Part shown: in pieces, positions 11,258 through 21,879 of the stretch
How positions within the stretch are numbered: position 1 is the first letter of the stretch
Layout: every line of letters begins with the position of its first letter
NCBI GenBank assembly: GCA_965250085.1
Contig: OZ252287.1
Span: forward strand, 576,001 to 640,000
Origin: Candidatus Altimarinota bacterium
Lineage (GTDB): Bacteria > Patescibacteriota > Gracilibacteria > CAIRYL01
Reading direction: 5' to 3'
DNA length: 64,000 nt
Position numbers and translations under genes: made by a program
The notes under the pieces: generated by a model
What the model was told of the DNA's origin: nothing
The model's database searches: none
The model's input: the letters and a program-made list of their open reading frames with translations, nothing else

Positions 11258-12436
11258 ATGAACATTCTCGTTGATCTTAGATCTCTTCAAACCGAGCATG
11301 TCTCTGGGGTTACCGTGTTTGGAGAAAATTTAGTTCAGAACCTTTGTGAGCACTATCCAGAGGAGCGCTTTTATTTGTGGACAAACTCTTTGACTTCACT
11401 CCCAGAAAGCTTTTCTGACATTTCATTCCCTAATGCAACTCACATTCATACCAAAATTCCAAATATTATTCTCACGCTTTTATCTTCTCTTTTTCGCATT
11501 CCAAAAATCGATACTCTGGTCAAAAAACAAATAAAAAAGATGGATGGGGAGATAGTAGAGTTTGATATCGCCTTTATACCAGATCCCAGACCATTTCCTG
11601 TCTCGACTAAGTGCAAAAAAGTTTGTCTTTTTCATGATCTTTCTCCTTTGCATTTTCCACAAACATTTTCTCTCAAAACTCGTATATGGCATCGGTTGGT
11701 GCGCTTTACAAAAGAGGCGAGAGAATCAACTCACATCTTTACTCCATCTCGACATACAAAAGACGATATTGTCCAAGAATTGGGCGTCTCTTCAGAAAAA
11801 ATATCAGTCATTGGTGCCGGTGTTTCAGAAGCACTCAGACCCATTACGGACGATATGGAAAAAGAAGCAGTACGAAAAAAATATAAGCTTCCCGAAAATT
11901 TTTTTCTAACTCTTTCTACTTTAGAACCCCGTAAAAATATCTCCGCCCTCATAGAAGCATTTTGTCGATTCCAAAAAATACATGATACTGAAGATTTTTT
12001 TCTCGTCATTGCGGGAACTGCAGATCCTAAAATATTTGCTCACATGCATATTGCTGATCATCCGAACATCTTATTTCCCGGACATATCGAAGAAACTGAA
12101 AAGGCTGCTCTCTTTTCATCCGCAATAGCATTTGTGTATCCTTCACTCTTTGAAGGCTTTGGAATGCCAGTATTGGAAGCAATGGCATGTGGTGTTCCCG
12201 TTCTCAGTTCGCAAAAAGCTTCTCTTCCGGAAGTGTATGGAGATGCCGCTCTTTCTTTTGATCCTACTTCCATTTCAGATATGACGGATGCTCTTGAAAA
12301 CATGTACGTGAGAAAAAATATGCGAAAAGAATTGAGGGAAAAAGGGTTTCAAAGAGCGTCTTCTCCTCAGTTTCATTGGACAACTGTTGCTCGAAAAGTA
12401 ATGGCGATCTGTGCAGAGATTGAGGATATGTATTGA
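11258..12436 (+). CDS. Glycosyltransferase family 4 (GT-B)
   Basis: STLEPRKN, FVYPSLFEGFGMPVLEAMACGVP. Confidence 0.92.
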   Translation: MNILVDLRSLQTEHVSGVTVFGENLVQNLCEHYPEERFYLWTNSLTSLPESFSDISFPNATHIHTKIPNIILTLLSSLFRIPKIDTLVKKQIKKMDGEIVEFDIAFIPDPRPFPVSTKCKKVCLFHDLSPLHFPQTFSLKTRIWHRLVRFTKEARESTHIFTPSRHTKDDIVQELGVSSEKISVIGAGVSEALRPITDDMEKEAVRKKYKLPENFFLTLSTLEPRKNISALIEAFCRFQKIHDTEDFFLVIAGTADPKIFAHMHIADHPNILFPGHIEETEKAALFSSAIAFVYPSLFEGFGMPVLEAMACGVPVLSSQKASLPEVYGDAALSFDPTSISDMTDALENMYVRKNMRKELREKGFQRASSPQFHWTTVARKVMAICAEIEDMY

Positions 12437-12498
12437 TTTTTAAAATTTGCGCCTTAGTGTTTTCTCTTGTAGAATCGTCACACTTTTTTTTGAATATT

Positions 12499-13491
12499 AT
12501 GGATTTGCATCAAATACTACGAGGCATGTGTGCTCTCTTGTTTCTTTGCACTTTTTCATTCTCAACTGTCCAAGCGCAGAACACTCCAGAGCTTTGGGAT
12601 GAGTTCTTACGTCTCCAAGAAAACAGTATTCCAGAGTTGAATACTGCACGAGCGAATGTTCGGTTTAATGGCGTTGTGAAAGCAGAAAATATAAGAGGGA
12701 CCATGCGCGGCAGAATAACAGTACTGGTTGATGTCTTGAAAAAACATATTCAGGAACGATTTACCGTTTCTTTTTCTGGACAAAACTTCACAACAGGTGA
12801 AGAAGCCGATATTTCTGCGGATGCAGAGATACGTCTTTTTCCCGAAGATATGTATATGATCCTTCATGATTTTGAAATGTTTATTGGTGACGATGATACA
12901 GCTCCTCCTCCTTTCCTCCAGCAGTGGATGGTAATGTCTTTAGAAGAACTCGGCGAAGAGGGAGAAGACATTTTTCGCACTTGGCCAGAAAATGCTTCCC
13001 ACTTTGGATATGAGGATATGAAAACTCAACTCTTGCAGGATGAGGATTTGAGCGAAACTGATCGGGAAATGCTGACAATATTTTTTGAGTCATTGGAACA
13101 AGGTGAAATATTTACCCTTACAAAAAAAGAAATCTCTGAAACACGTACCGCCTATATTTTGAGACTTAACAAGTTGGGGACAATTAATTTATTGAAGAAA
13201 ATGGCAGAAATAGCAGATGATCCACTTGAGGTTCAGGCAATAAATGATATACAGGATTTCCTAAAAAAAATTACTCTGATCATCTCTGTAGTTGTAAATC
13301 CTCAGGATCCCAATACCACAAAAGCTCGTCTTTATTTTCGAGGTGCCAATCTCGCACCAGAGCTCTCTTTGATCTCTCTTAAAATGTTCGTAAGTGAATA
13401 CTTTAATGAGCCAATCAGCATTCAAAAACCAGTAGACGCCGTTTCCATGGATGAACTTCTTGAAATACCTCCCGCTGAAGAAATGCAATAA
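12499..13491 (+). CDS. Putative secreted hypothetical protein
   Basis: Signal-peptide-like N-terminus (..STVQA|QN); start inferred. Confidence 0.65.
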   Translation: MDLHQILRGMCALLFLCTFSFSTVQAQNTPELWDEFLRLQENSIPELNTARANVRFNGVVKAENIRGTMRGRITVLVDVLKKHIQERFTVSFSGQNFTTGEEADISADAEIRLFPEDMYMILHDFEMFIGDDDTAPPPFLQQWMVMSLEELGEEGEDIFRTWPENASHFGYEDMKTQLLQDEDLSETDREMLTIFFESLEQGEIFTLTKKEISETRTAYILRLNKLGTINLLKKMAEIADDPLEVQAINDIQDFLKKITLIISVVVNPQDPNTTKARLYFRGANLAPELSLISLKMFVSEYFNEPISIQKPVDAVSMDELLEIPPAEEMQ

Positions 13492-13520
13492 ATAAGAACA
13501 TATGAGATAAAAAATATAAA

Positions 13521-13550
13521 AGAGCAGCCATAATTAATGGCTGTTCTTTC
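13521..13550 (+). terminator. Putative intrinsic terminator
   Basis: AGAGCAGCCAT-aatta-ATGGCTGTTCT stem followed by T's and preceded by an A-tract, just after the stop at 13491. Confidence 0.55.
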
Positions 13551-13585
13551 CTATGTATACGGAAAATTATTTTTCAAAAATGGAG

Positions 13586-13634
13586 TTAGCACTCTCGGCT
13601 TGAGATTGACAAAAAGAAATCGGAAGGGTAGCAT
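13586..13634 (+). promoter_or_regulatory. CIRCE-like (HrcA) operator overlapping the sigma70 promoter of dnaJ
   Basis: TTAGCACTC-N9-GATTGACAA (consensus TTAGCACTC-N9-GAGTGCTAA); TTGACA 13606-13611, 17-bp spacer, TAGCAT 13629-13634. Confidence 0.7.
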
Positions 13635-13658
13635 GTACTGAGCTATTCTAAAATTTTG

Positions 13659-14762
13659 ATGAAAGATCTCTATGAAATTCTTGGCTTGAAAAAAGGAGCG
13701 TCTGAAGATGAAATAAAGCGTGCATATAGAAAACTTGCTGCTAAGTATCATCCTGATGTCAATAAAGAAGAAGGTGCTGTAGAGAAATTTAAAGAGATAC
13801 AAGGTGCCTATGAAATTCTTTCTGACGCCCAGAAAAAATCACAATATGACCAATTTGGAACTACCGGAAGCCCTTTTGGAGGAGGTTCTAATAGTGGATT
13901 TGGAGGATTTAATGGAGAAGAATTTGGTGGATTTGAAGATCTCGGTGATATTTTTGAAAGTTTTTTTGGAGGAGGAGGCCGAAAAAGAGGGCCTTCACGA
14001 GGAAGAGATATCAAAATACAAGTATCTCTCTCTTTTATGGAGAGTATTACTGGTATCCAAAAAGATATTGTTACTGACAGTTTTGAAACTTGCTCTTCCT
14101 GTGAAGGAAAAGCTGTTGAAAAAGGATCAAAGTTTGTAACATGTGCTACCTGTTCTGGCACTGGAAGTATTTCCAGAACCCAGCAAACACCGCTCGGAAA
14201 CATCAGAACAACTGCCACGTGTGCCCAATGCCAAGGAGAAGGTCGCACTCCAGAGAAACCGTGTAAAACCTGTAGCGGAACTGGTCGCACCAAAGAAAAA
14301 CGAACCCTCAGGGTAAACATTCCACCAGGTGTATATGACGACGCCCTTTTGAGGCTGGGGGGAAAGGGAGAGGCAGGAGAGAGAGGTACCCCATCAGGAG
14401 ATCTGTTGGTCTACATTCGTGTGACTGCTTCTAAAGATTTTGAGCGTGACGGGGATAATATCTTAAGCACAATACATATTCATGTTCTTCAGGCTATTTT
14501 GGGGGATGACATTGTGGTAAAAACAGTACATAGCACAGAGACGATTAAAATACCTCCTGGCACCCAAAGCGGTAAGGTTTTTCGTATTCGATACAAAGGA
14601 GCACCTGTCTTGGGAAAAAACAGTAATGGTGATCATTTGGTAACAATAATTATAGATATCCCAAAGAAAATTTCGACGAAGGAAAAAGAACATTACAAAG
14701 AACTGGCAAAAGAAGCCAAAATGAATGTGAAAGAAAAAGGATTCTTTGAGAAGTTGTTTTAG
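13659..14762 (+). CDS. dnaJ: Molecular chaperone DnaJ
   Basis: J-domain HPD, G/F-rich region, four CxxCxGxG-type Zn repeats. Confidence 0.97.
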   Translation: MKDLYEILGLKKGASEDEIKRAYRKLAAKYHPDVNKEEGAVEKFKEIQGAYEILSDAQKKSQYDQFGTTGSPFGGGSNSGFGGFNGEEFGGFEDLGDIFESFFGGGGRKRGPSRGRDIKIQVSLSFMESITGIQKDIVTDSFETCSSCEGKAVEKGSKFVTCATCSGTGSISRTQQTPLGNIRTTATCAQCQGEGRTPEKPCKTCSGTGRTKEKRTLRVNIPPGVYDDALLRLGGKGEAGERGTPSGDLLVYIRVTASKDFERDGDNILSTIHIHVLQAILGDDIVVKTVHSTETIKIPPGTQSGKVFRIRYKGAPVLGKNSNGDHLVTIIIDIPKKISTKEKEHYKELAKEAKMNVKEKGFFEKLF

Positions 14763-15019
14763 AAAAAAAACTATAAGCTTTTAGCTCTTAAGTAATAGGA
14801 AAATAATTATTCCATCCTTTGCTGAATTCATAATTCTCCATTGGAATAAATTTAGTGAATATTCCTCACGAATAAAACGATAAAAATTGCATGTGGGAAG
14901 AATTGGAGGCTTGCAATTTTTGTGGAGTGAGTGAATGGGATATTCTAAATTTATTCCAATGGAGAAAGCTTTTTGGTTCTTTTTGGCATCAAAAAGAACA
15001 GGGAAGTTTTTATATCAGG

Positions 15020-15045
15020 TAACGGCGGAATTAATTCCGCCGTTA
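15020..15045. repeat. Perfect 26-bp palindrome (REP-like)
   Basis: TAACGGCGGAATTAATTCCGCCGTTA is its own reverse complement. Confidence 0.75.
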
Positions 15046-15173
15046 AAAACCTCAGCACAACAGCAAAAACCATCGCTAATTATAACTCTTCAACTATCTC
15101 TTTATTTCCGCAAGCCAACTTCCTTGGAGGAAAACATGATTTGAAGGAAAATGATCTCCTTGATTTGACATGA

Positions 15174-16169
15174 ATGGTATCTGAAAAAAGTATTATTGCG
15201 CAGGCAGGCAAAGCGATCACAAATGCCAAAAATATCCTGATTATTACACACCGAAATCCTGATGGAGATGCCATCGGTTCAGCGCTTGGTATGTATGAAA
15301 TGTTAGGTAAATTGAAAAAAAAACCAACATTTTTTTGCATCGATCAAATTCCCGAATCATTCTATTTTCTTCCCAATAGTGAAGAAGTAGTACATGAATT
15401 TGATCCTGGTAACTTTGACCTTGCCATCATGCTTGATTGCGGAGCTGACTATATGGCGGGAATCAAAGAAACCCATGGGGAAATATATGGGGGCACATAT
15501 CCTCTCATCAATATTGATCATCATCCTTCCAATGATCATTTTGGAAAATGGAACTTGGTCGATACTGAGTCAGCATCTACAACACAGATTCTCACAAACC
15601 TCTTTGATGAACTTAAGTGGAAGATTACTCCGCGCATTGCCACATGCCTTATGACAGGGCTTTATACTGACACTGGCTCTCTTAAGCACTCTAATGCAAC
15701 CGCAGATGTGCATCGCATCGCTTCCCAGCTTATGAAAAAAGGAGCACGACTCAAAGATATCATAGGCTATGTATTTAAAAACAATAGCGTAGATGTCTTG
15801 AGGCTTTGGGGCAGAGTTATGAAGCGTATTACTCAAACCCCGGAAAACATTACCATCTCTACCGTTTCTGATAGAGATTTTACAGAAACCAATACCAGTA
15901 AACCGGATTTAACAGGAGTGGTGGACTATCTCAACGCAGTACCTGATGCCAAATTTTCACTCCTCCTGACGGAAATAAATGGCCAAGTCAAAGGATCACT
16001 TCGGACCCTCAGAGACGATGTAGATCTCACGGAAATTGCGGGACGTTTGGGTGGAGGTGGCCACAAGAAAGCTTCTGGATTCACTATTCCCGGAAAATTG
16101 GAACTGCAAACACGATTTAAGATTGTTGGAGAGGAGAAAGAATTTGAGGATAGTGTCTTCAGCACTTAA
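15174..16169 (+). CDS. nrnA: DHH/DHHA1 nanoRNase / pAp phosphatase
   Basis: THRNPDGDAIGS, NIDHH, GLYTDTGS, GGGGHKKASG. Confidence 0.88.
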   Translation: MVSEKSIIAQAGKAITNAKNILIITHRNPDGDAIGSALGMYEMLGKLKKKPTFFCIDQIPESFYFLPNSEEVVHEFDPGNFDLAIMLDCGADYMAGIKETHGEIYGGTYPLINIDHHPSNDHFGKWNLVDTESASTTQILTNLFDELKWKITPRIATCLMTGLYTDTGSLKHSNATADVHRIASQLMKKGARLKDIIGYVFKNNSVDVLRLWGRVMKRITQTPENITISTVSDRDFTETNTSKPDLTGVVDYLNAVPDAKFSLLLTEINGQVKGSLRTLRDDVDLTEIAGRLGGGGHKKASGFTIPGKLELQTRFKIVGEEKEFEDSVFST

Positions 16170-16182
16170 AAATTCTGATCAT

Positions 16183-16506
16183 TTATTCGGCAGCTCTTCT
16201 TTCCACTTCCTCCTCCAACAAAGTATATAACCAATCTGGAAGAGCCGAGAAATCCTCCACTTTCCCTTCTTTTAAATTCGCTAAAATTGTTGGTCTATTA
16301 AAATCACAAGAACATCCTGCAAGATCGCCAGATACAAGTCTTATAGTATTATGAATACGCTCCTGTGTTGAACCTTGTAAAGCTTCTATTGTACAAGAAT
16401 TCATAATCGTTTCGAATTGTTCTCCAAATTCTCTTTTAAACATATCCCTTATGTGTTCTCCAAGATATTGTGTCTCTGACGCCATTTCTATGAAGTCCAT
16501 CGCCAT
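16183..16506 (-). CDS. Hypothetical protein
   Basis: 107-aa ORF preceded on the minus strand by TCGACA-17-TATAAT. Confidence 0.6.
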   Translation of the reverse strand: MAMDFIEMASETQYLGEHIRDMFKREFGEQFETIMNSCTIEALQGSTQERIHNTIRLVSGDLAGCSCDFNRPTILANLKEGKVEDFSALPDWLYTLLEEEVERRAAE

Positions 16507-16762
16507 TGTATTGTAAATAAAAAAGCATTAGTATTATAATCATAAATTTATTTTTTGTCGAGATTCCCTCTATAGACCCGAATATCTTTATCTTAAGATA
16601 AATTAAGTTCTGTAAAAACATACTTCAATTTAAAAAATTTAAGATAAAAGCAAATATTTGCAATCCAAGGTTTAGAGTTCTCCTTCAGGGAAGAATTCTT
16701 GTTGCCAAAAAAGTGAAAACAGAACACAATGCGTTGGAAAATTTTTTAGAAGTAAAAACCTA

Positions 16763-19700
16763 GTGTCGGCCAAAAAAAATCGCCGTTCGTTTCCTAAGAA
16801 GGTTCTCCTCCTGGGATCGGGCGCTCTTCAAATTGGACAAGCTGGTGAATTTGATTATTCCGGTTCTCAAGCTATCAAAGCCTTGCACGAAGAAGGCATT
16901 AAAGTCATCTTGGTAAACCCAAATATTGCCACCATACAGACCTCAGAAGGAGTTGCCGATAGAGTATATTTTCTCCCTATCACTCCAGAGGTGGTAACGC
17001 GTATTATCCAAAAAGAAAAACCAGACGGTATTATGCTGGCCTGGGGAGGACAAACAGCGCTTAATTGTGGTACTGCACTCAAGAGAAAAGGAATTCTGAA
17101 GAAACATAATGTTCGAGTGCTGGGGACACCTGTTGCAACCATTCAAAAAACAGAAGATCGGAAAAAATTTAACGAAGAACTTGATAAAATTGGAATTCAA
17201 TACCCAGTATCTATTGCCTGTAAAAACAAAACAGCAGCCAAAAAAGCTCTGAAAGAAATTGGATTTCCTGTAATTATTCGGGCCGCATATACCCTAGGAG
17301 GTGGAGGAAGTGGATTTGCCAACACCCAAAAGCAATTCGATACACTTATCAAAAACGCTTTTGCCTACTCTCCACAGATCTTGGTAGAAGAAAGCCTGAA
17401 AGGATGGAAAGAAATCGAATATGAAGTAGTGCGTGATGTTGCCGATAATTGCATCACCGTCTGCAACATGGAAAACTTTGATCCTTTGGGGATTCATACT
17501 GGAGAGTCCATTGTTATTGCTCCCTCACAAACGCTTAATAATCGTGAATATCAAAAATTAAGGACAATGGCCATTAAGGTCATTCGGCATTTAGGAATTA
17601 TAGGAGAATGCAATATTCAGTACGCACTTGATCCCCATTCAGAAGAGTATCGGGTAATAGAAGTCAATGCACGGCTTTCCAGATCATCTGCCCTCGCTTC
17701 AAAAGCCACGGGGTATCCGCTTGCATACATCGCTGCCAAGCTCGCCTTGGGATATCGACTTGATGAACTCAGAAATTCAGTTACCGAAGAAACTTCTGCT
17801 TTTTTTGAGCCAGCATTAGATTATGTTGCGCTCAAAATTCCCCGTTGGGATTTAAACAAATTTCGAAAAGTATCGCACTTTATCTCATCTGAAATGAAAA
17901 GTGTGGGAGAAATCATGGCTCTGGGAAGAAATTTTGAAGAAGTGCTTCAAAAAGGTCTCAGAATGCTTCAGATTGGAGCACATGGATTGACCCATCACCC
18001 CTTTGACATCGGGGATCTCAAAAAAGCTCTGAAAAATCCGACTCCTACACGTGTTTTTGCTATATACGAAGCGCTCAAAAAAGGAATGACCATACAGGAA
18101 ATCGCAAAGATTACAAAAATAGACGAATGGTTTTTGGGGAAAATCGAACGTATTTTGAGTACTGAGAAAAAAATAAAATCTCAAGGAGTGAAAAAATTAT
18201 TTGCAAAGCCTGGACTGCTTCAACATGTTAAAAAAGAAGGATTTTCTGATGCACAGATATCCAAGATTTTGGGAGAAGAAAAAATCTCTGAATCTGAAGT
18301 TCGGAAAAGACGAAAAGAGATGGGGATAGTTCCCATCGTAAAGCAAATTGACACTCTTGCCGGAGAATTTCCTGCAAAAACAAATTATCTCTATCTTACC
18401 TATCATGGAAGTGAAAGTGACACTTTGCCTGCATCAAAGCAAACAAAGAAGGCAATTGTCCTTGGCTCTGGTCCCTATTGCATTGGTTCTTCCGTGGAGT
18501 TTGACTGGAGCTGTGTAAACGCGGTGAATACTTTGAGAAAAAAGAAGTTTGAAACGATTATGATCAACTATAATCCTGAGACTGTTTCTACAGACTATGA
18601 TACTTGTGACAAGTTGTATTTCGATGAGCTTTCACTTGAGAGAGTGTTGGATATTTATGAATTAGAAAATCCTGAAGGAGTAGTCCCCTTTTGTGGTGGT
18701 CAAATTCCTAATAATCTTGCCAAAAAATTGGGAGAATCTCATGTAAAAATTTTTGGAACAACATGTGAAAGTATCCATCAAGCTGAATCTCGTCAAATTT
18801 TTTCAGCACTTCTGGACACATTAGAAATCGATCAGCCAAAGTGGAATGAATTTTCAAGCCTTGAAAGCGCCAAACACTTTTCCACAAAAGTGGGATACCC
18901 AGTACTTATTCGCCCAAGCTATGTTCTCTCAGGAGCAGCAATGGCGGTAGCTCGATCTGAAACAGAGCTTCAAAGCTATCTTTCCAAAGCGATAAAAATC
19001 ACCTCAGAAGCCCCTGTAGTAGTATCAAAATTTGAAGTAGGGGCAAGGGAGATTGAAATTGATGCTGTTGCAGGAAATGGAGAACTTCTCATCTATGCAA
19101 TTTCTGAACACGTAGAAAATGCAGGTGTCCATTCTGGTGACGCAACAGTGGTACTTCCTCCACAAAAGACCTATCTCGAAACTATTAGAAGAGTCAAATC
19201 TATTGCCAAAGAGCTTGCAAAAGAACTTAAAATTACTGGTCCATTTAACATTCAATTTTTAGCAAAAGATAACCATATTAAGGTAATAGAACTCAATCTC
19301 AGAGCATCTCGATCGTTTCCTTTCGTTTCGAAAGTGACTGGTCATAATTTTATTGATATTGCGATGAAGGCAGCTCTGGGAGAAGTAGAACCAAAGCAAA
19401 AACGAAAGAAGAAATATAATACTCTTGATTTAGATTTTGTAGGGGTGAAGGCTCCTCAATTTTCTTTTTCAAGGCTCCGAGGGGCAGATCCAGTTCTGTC
19501 GGTAGAAATGTCCTCTACCGGAGAAGTAGGATGCTTTGGAGAGACTCTAGAAGAAGCATTTCTCAAAGCCCTTATTTCTACTGGATTTCGCATTCCAAAA
19601 AAGAATATTTTTATTTCTATAGGGAATACTGAAGACAAAGTCGGATTTTTAGAGTCTGCAAAAAGACTTCAAAATATGGGATATGATCTTTTTGCCACAA

Positions 19701-20002
19701 GTGGCACTTCAGATTTTTTGAAGGATAAGGAAGTATCTGTCCAAACACTCTACAAAGAGTCGGAAGGGAAAAGGCCAACCACAATATCACATTTACAAGG
19801 AAGTAAGATCGACCTTGTTATTAATATTCCTAAGTCATATGCACATGAAGATATTACCGATGGATACCAAATGCGGCGTGCTGCTATTGATGGCAATATC
19901 CCACTGATCACCAACCTACAAGTTGCCAAACTCGTAGTAGTCTCTCTCCAAAAATGGAGAAATAAAGAGCTCCCTATTACTGACTGGAGTCATTTTCAAT
20001 AA
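16763..20002 (+). CDS. carB: Carbamoyl-phosphate synthase large subunit
   Basis: GSGALQIGQAGEFDYSG, duplicated ATP-grasp domains, C-terminal MGS domain. Confidence 0.97.
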   Translation: MSAKKNRRSFPKKVLLLGSGALQIGQAGEFDYSGSQAIKALHEEGIKVILVNPNIATIQTSEGVADRVYFLPITPEVVTRIIQKEKPDGIMLAWGGQTALNCGTALKRKGILKKHNVRVLGTPVATIQKTEDRKKFNEELDKIGIQYPVSIACKNKTAAKKALKEIGFPVIIRAAYTLGGGGSGFANTQKQFDTLIKNAFAYSPQILVEESLKGWKEIEYEVVRDVADNCITVCNMENFDPLGIHTGESIVIAPSQTLNNREYQKLRTMAIKVIRHLGIIGECNIQYALDPHSEEYRVIEVNARLSRSSALASKATGYPLAYIAAKLALGYRLDELRNSVTEETSAFFEPALDYVALKIPRWDLNKFRKVSHFISSEMKSVGEIMALGRNFEEVLQKGLRMLQIGAHGLTHHPFDIGDLKKALKNPTPTRVFAIYEALKKGMTIQEIAKITKIDEWFLGKIERILSTEKKIKSQGVKKLFAKPGLLQHVKKEGFSDAQISKILGEEKISESEVRKRRKEMGIVPIVKQIDTLAGEFPAKTNYLYLTYHGSESDTLPASKQTKKAIVLGSGPYCIGSSVEFDWSCVNAVNTLRKKKFETIMINYNPETVSTDYDTCDKLYFDELSLERVLDIYELENPEGVVPFCGGQIPNNLAKKLGESHVKIFGTTCESIHQAESRQIFSALLDTLEIDQPKWNEFSSLESAKHFSTKVGYPVLIRPSYVLSGAAMAVARSETELQSYLSKAIKITSEAPVVVSKFEVGAREIEIDAVAGNGELLIYAISEHVENAGVHSGDATVVLPPQKTYLETIRRVKSIAKELAKELKITGPFNIQFLAKDNHIKVIELNLRASRSFPFVSKVTGHNFIDIAMKAALGEVEPKQKRKKKYNTLDLDFVGVKAPQFSFSRLRGADPVLSVEMSSTGEVGCFGETLEEAFLKALISTGFRIPKKNIFISIGNTEDKVGFLESAKRLQNMGYDLFATSGTSDFLKDKEVSVQTLYKESEGKRPTTISHLQGSKIDLVINIPKSYAHEDITDGYQMRRAAIDGNIPLITNLQVAKLVVVSLQKWRNKELPITDWSHFQ

Positions 20003-20094
20003 TCAATTACTCAATGACAAATTACAAAATATATATACAATAATGTCCCTTTTGTGCTGATTACTTATTCACTGACAACGTACTACTTATTTTT

Positions 20095-20406
20095 ATGATT
20101 ACTTGTATTTTGAAGAACTCGGCCGGAGAAGAAATGGGGAGATTTACACCAAAAGGAGAAAAAAACCTTTTGGATGAAGCGGCTGACGCCGATATAGAAC
20201 TCCCCTTCTCTTGCCATGCCGGAGCATGCATGAGCTGTGCCGCACGAATCATTTCTGGAGCTGAGTTCTTTGATCAAAAAAAAGATGGCATGAAGTATAT
20301 TGATACTGATGACGATGTGGTGCTGACTTGCATAGGTGGAGTGAAAGATGAATTTGTGCAAGATAAAGAAGAGCACATTTTGGAGTTGGAGATCATTATG
20401 GATTAA
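20095..20406 (+). CDS. Plant-type 2Fe-2S ferredoxin
   Basis: LPFSCHAGACMSC...VLTC motif. Confidence 0.9.
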   Translation: MITCILKNSAGEEMGRFTPKGEKNLLDEAADADIELPFSCHAGACMSCAARIISGAEFFDQKKDGMKYIDTDDDVVLTCIGGVKDEFVQDKEEHILELEIIMD

Positions 20407-20463
20407 CTTTTCCCTCAAGAAAAACAAAGTTTCGTTCATGCTCTCATCACTAACAATCAAGAG

Positions 20464-20940
20464 CTACTTGCTCTTTTTTCTATTTATCCTCATATTGATC
20501 ACACACAAAATATTGATCATCATAAATGCTATAAATGCCAGAAATGGAATAGTGATAAATCCAAAATAATTGACATAGAACGCATCACATGGATTTCCCA
20601 GTGTACAGCCTTCTGATGTTGCCGTTGGGACTTTCTGAAGAAAGTAATGATAGACTTCTAAAAACATTCCTGGAATCGAAAGCGGCAAGATGTAATTGGT
20701 AAAATATGGATTCTTACGCCAAATACCAACCGCACTTATCGCCACAAGAGGATACATCATAATACGCGCCCACCAGCAGAGCCGGCAGGGATAAAATCCA
20801 GATCCCCAGGGAAACGGATATCCATCTATAATATTCAGTACCGGATCGCCAAAATTACTGAAATAGAGTGATCCGAGCATTGCCAGGAGTGCTTGCGTGA
20901 AAATAAGGTACCAGATGAGTTTTTGATGTTTGTGGGACAT
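20464..20940 (-). CDS. Disulfide bond formation protein B (BdbC/DsbB family)
   Basis: GSLYFS, PCRLCWWARIMMYP, second Cys pair, FGFITIP, 4 TM. Confidence 0.88.
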   Translation of the reverse strand: MSHKHQKLIWYLIFTQALLAMLGSLYFSNFGDPVLNIIDGYPFPWGSGFYPCRLCWWARIMMYPLVAISAVGIWRKNPYFTNYILPLSIPGMFLEVYHYFLQKVPTATSEGCTLGNPCDAFYVNYFGFITIPFLAFIAFMMINILCVINMRINRKKSK

Positions 20941-20948
20941 AAAGAGTT

Positions 20949-21641
20949 TTAAATATTCAGGGCGAATTTTACTGCTTTTTCACACTGAAGTTCTAGGGTA
21001 TTTAAGATCGGAATTTTATAGTTTTTAGCATTTATGATAAGTGGTAACTCCGTACAAGCCACCACTACGCCTTCGGCAGAATCATGTTCATCAATAAGTT
21101 CTTGTATCCACTTCTCTGAAGACTCTTCGATATTTCCTTTTGAAAGCTCATTCACAATTATAGTCTGTATTTTGTCTCTCAAAATTCTCTTAGGGATGAT
21201 TATTTCAAATCCCTCGTTTTCAAGTCTAGATTTATAAAATCCATCCTCAAGAAGGAACTTGGTTCCCAAAAGAAGAAGTTTCTTAATACCCCTCCTTTCT
21301 GCCTGTTCTATTACTCCATCAAGTATGTGTAATATTGGTAATGATCCTTTCATATGCTCTACAATATTGTCATAGACTTTATGAAGAGAATTATTACAAA
21401 TCAAAATACAATCTACTCCACATGATGAAAGTTTTTGGATTTCACTAAGCATTATGCCCTCAATTTTGTGCCAATCTCGATAGTCATACTGCTTTATATT
21501 TTCATAATCGATACTCCTCAGAACGATCTGCGCTGAATGACTTTTTTTAAGTTTTTTATGAACCAAGGAGTTGAGTAATCTGTAGTACTCAATTGTAGAC
21601 ACCCATGATGTACCACCAAGAAGACCTATTGTTTTCATCAT
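20949..21641 (-). CDS. Aspartate/glutamate racemase family protein
   Basis: KTIGLLGGTSWVST, ICNNSLH, LLLGT, VACTELP. Confidence 0.9.
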   Translation of the reverse strand: MMKTIGLLGGTSWVSTIEYYRLLNSLVHKKLKKSHSAQIVLRSIDYENIKQYDYRDWHKIEGIMLSEIQKLSSCGVDCILICNNSLHKVYDNIVEHMKGSLPILHILDGVIEQAERRGIKKLLLLGTKFLLEDGFYKSRLENEGFEIIIPKRILRDKIQTIIVNELSKGNIEESSEKWIQELIDEHDSAEGVVVACTELPLIINAKNYKIPILNTLELQCEKAVKFALNI

Positions 21642-21686
21642 ATGAGGATTATGTTTGTTCGAAATTTGATTAAAGAGGATCAAGAG

Positions 21687-21705
21687 TGGTGCTCAGAAAC
21701 GGACT
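21687..21705 (-). repeat. Degenerate copy of the tRNA-Leu 3' end (att-like scar)
   Basis: TGGTGCTCAGAAACGGACT vs TGGTGCCCAGAAGAGGACT at 22492-22510 (16/19 identical). Confidence 0.6.
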
Positions 21706-21879
21706 AGTGGCGAACCACTTAAAAATCCTGGAGAGCTTCTGTCAAATTTTAGCGCAATTGAAAAACTTGTTCAAACTTTAGAGGAATTTCTTGAAAAAAT
21801 GAACGATGTGATGATTATTGATGATTATTGATGCTTATCGAGAATTTATTAGGAATTACAGTATTCTGCTGTGCAATAT

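Noticed and set aside
14935-15340. Short ORFs between dnaJ and nrnA
   Set aside because: No motifs or convincing starts, and they overlap the palindrome; not called.
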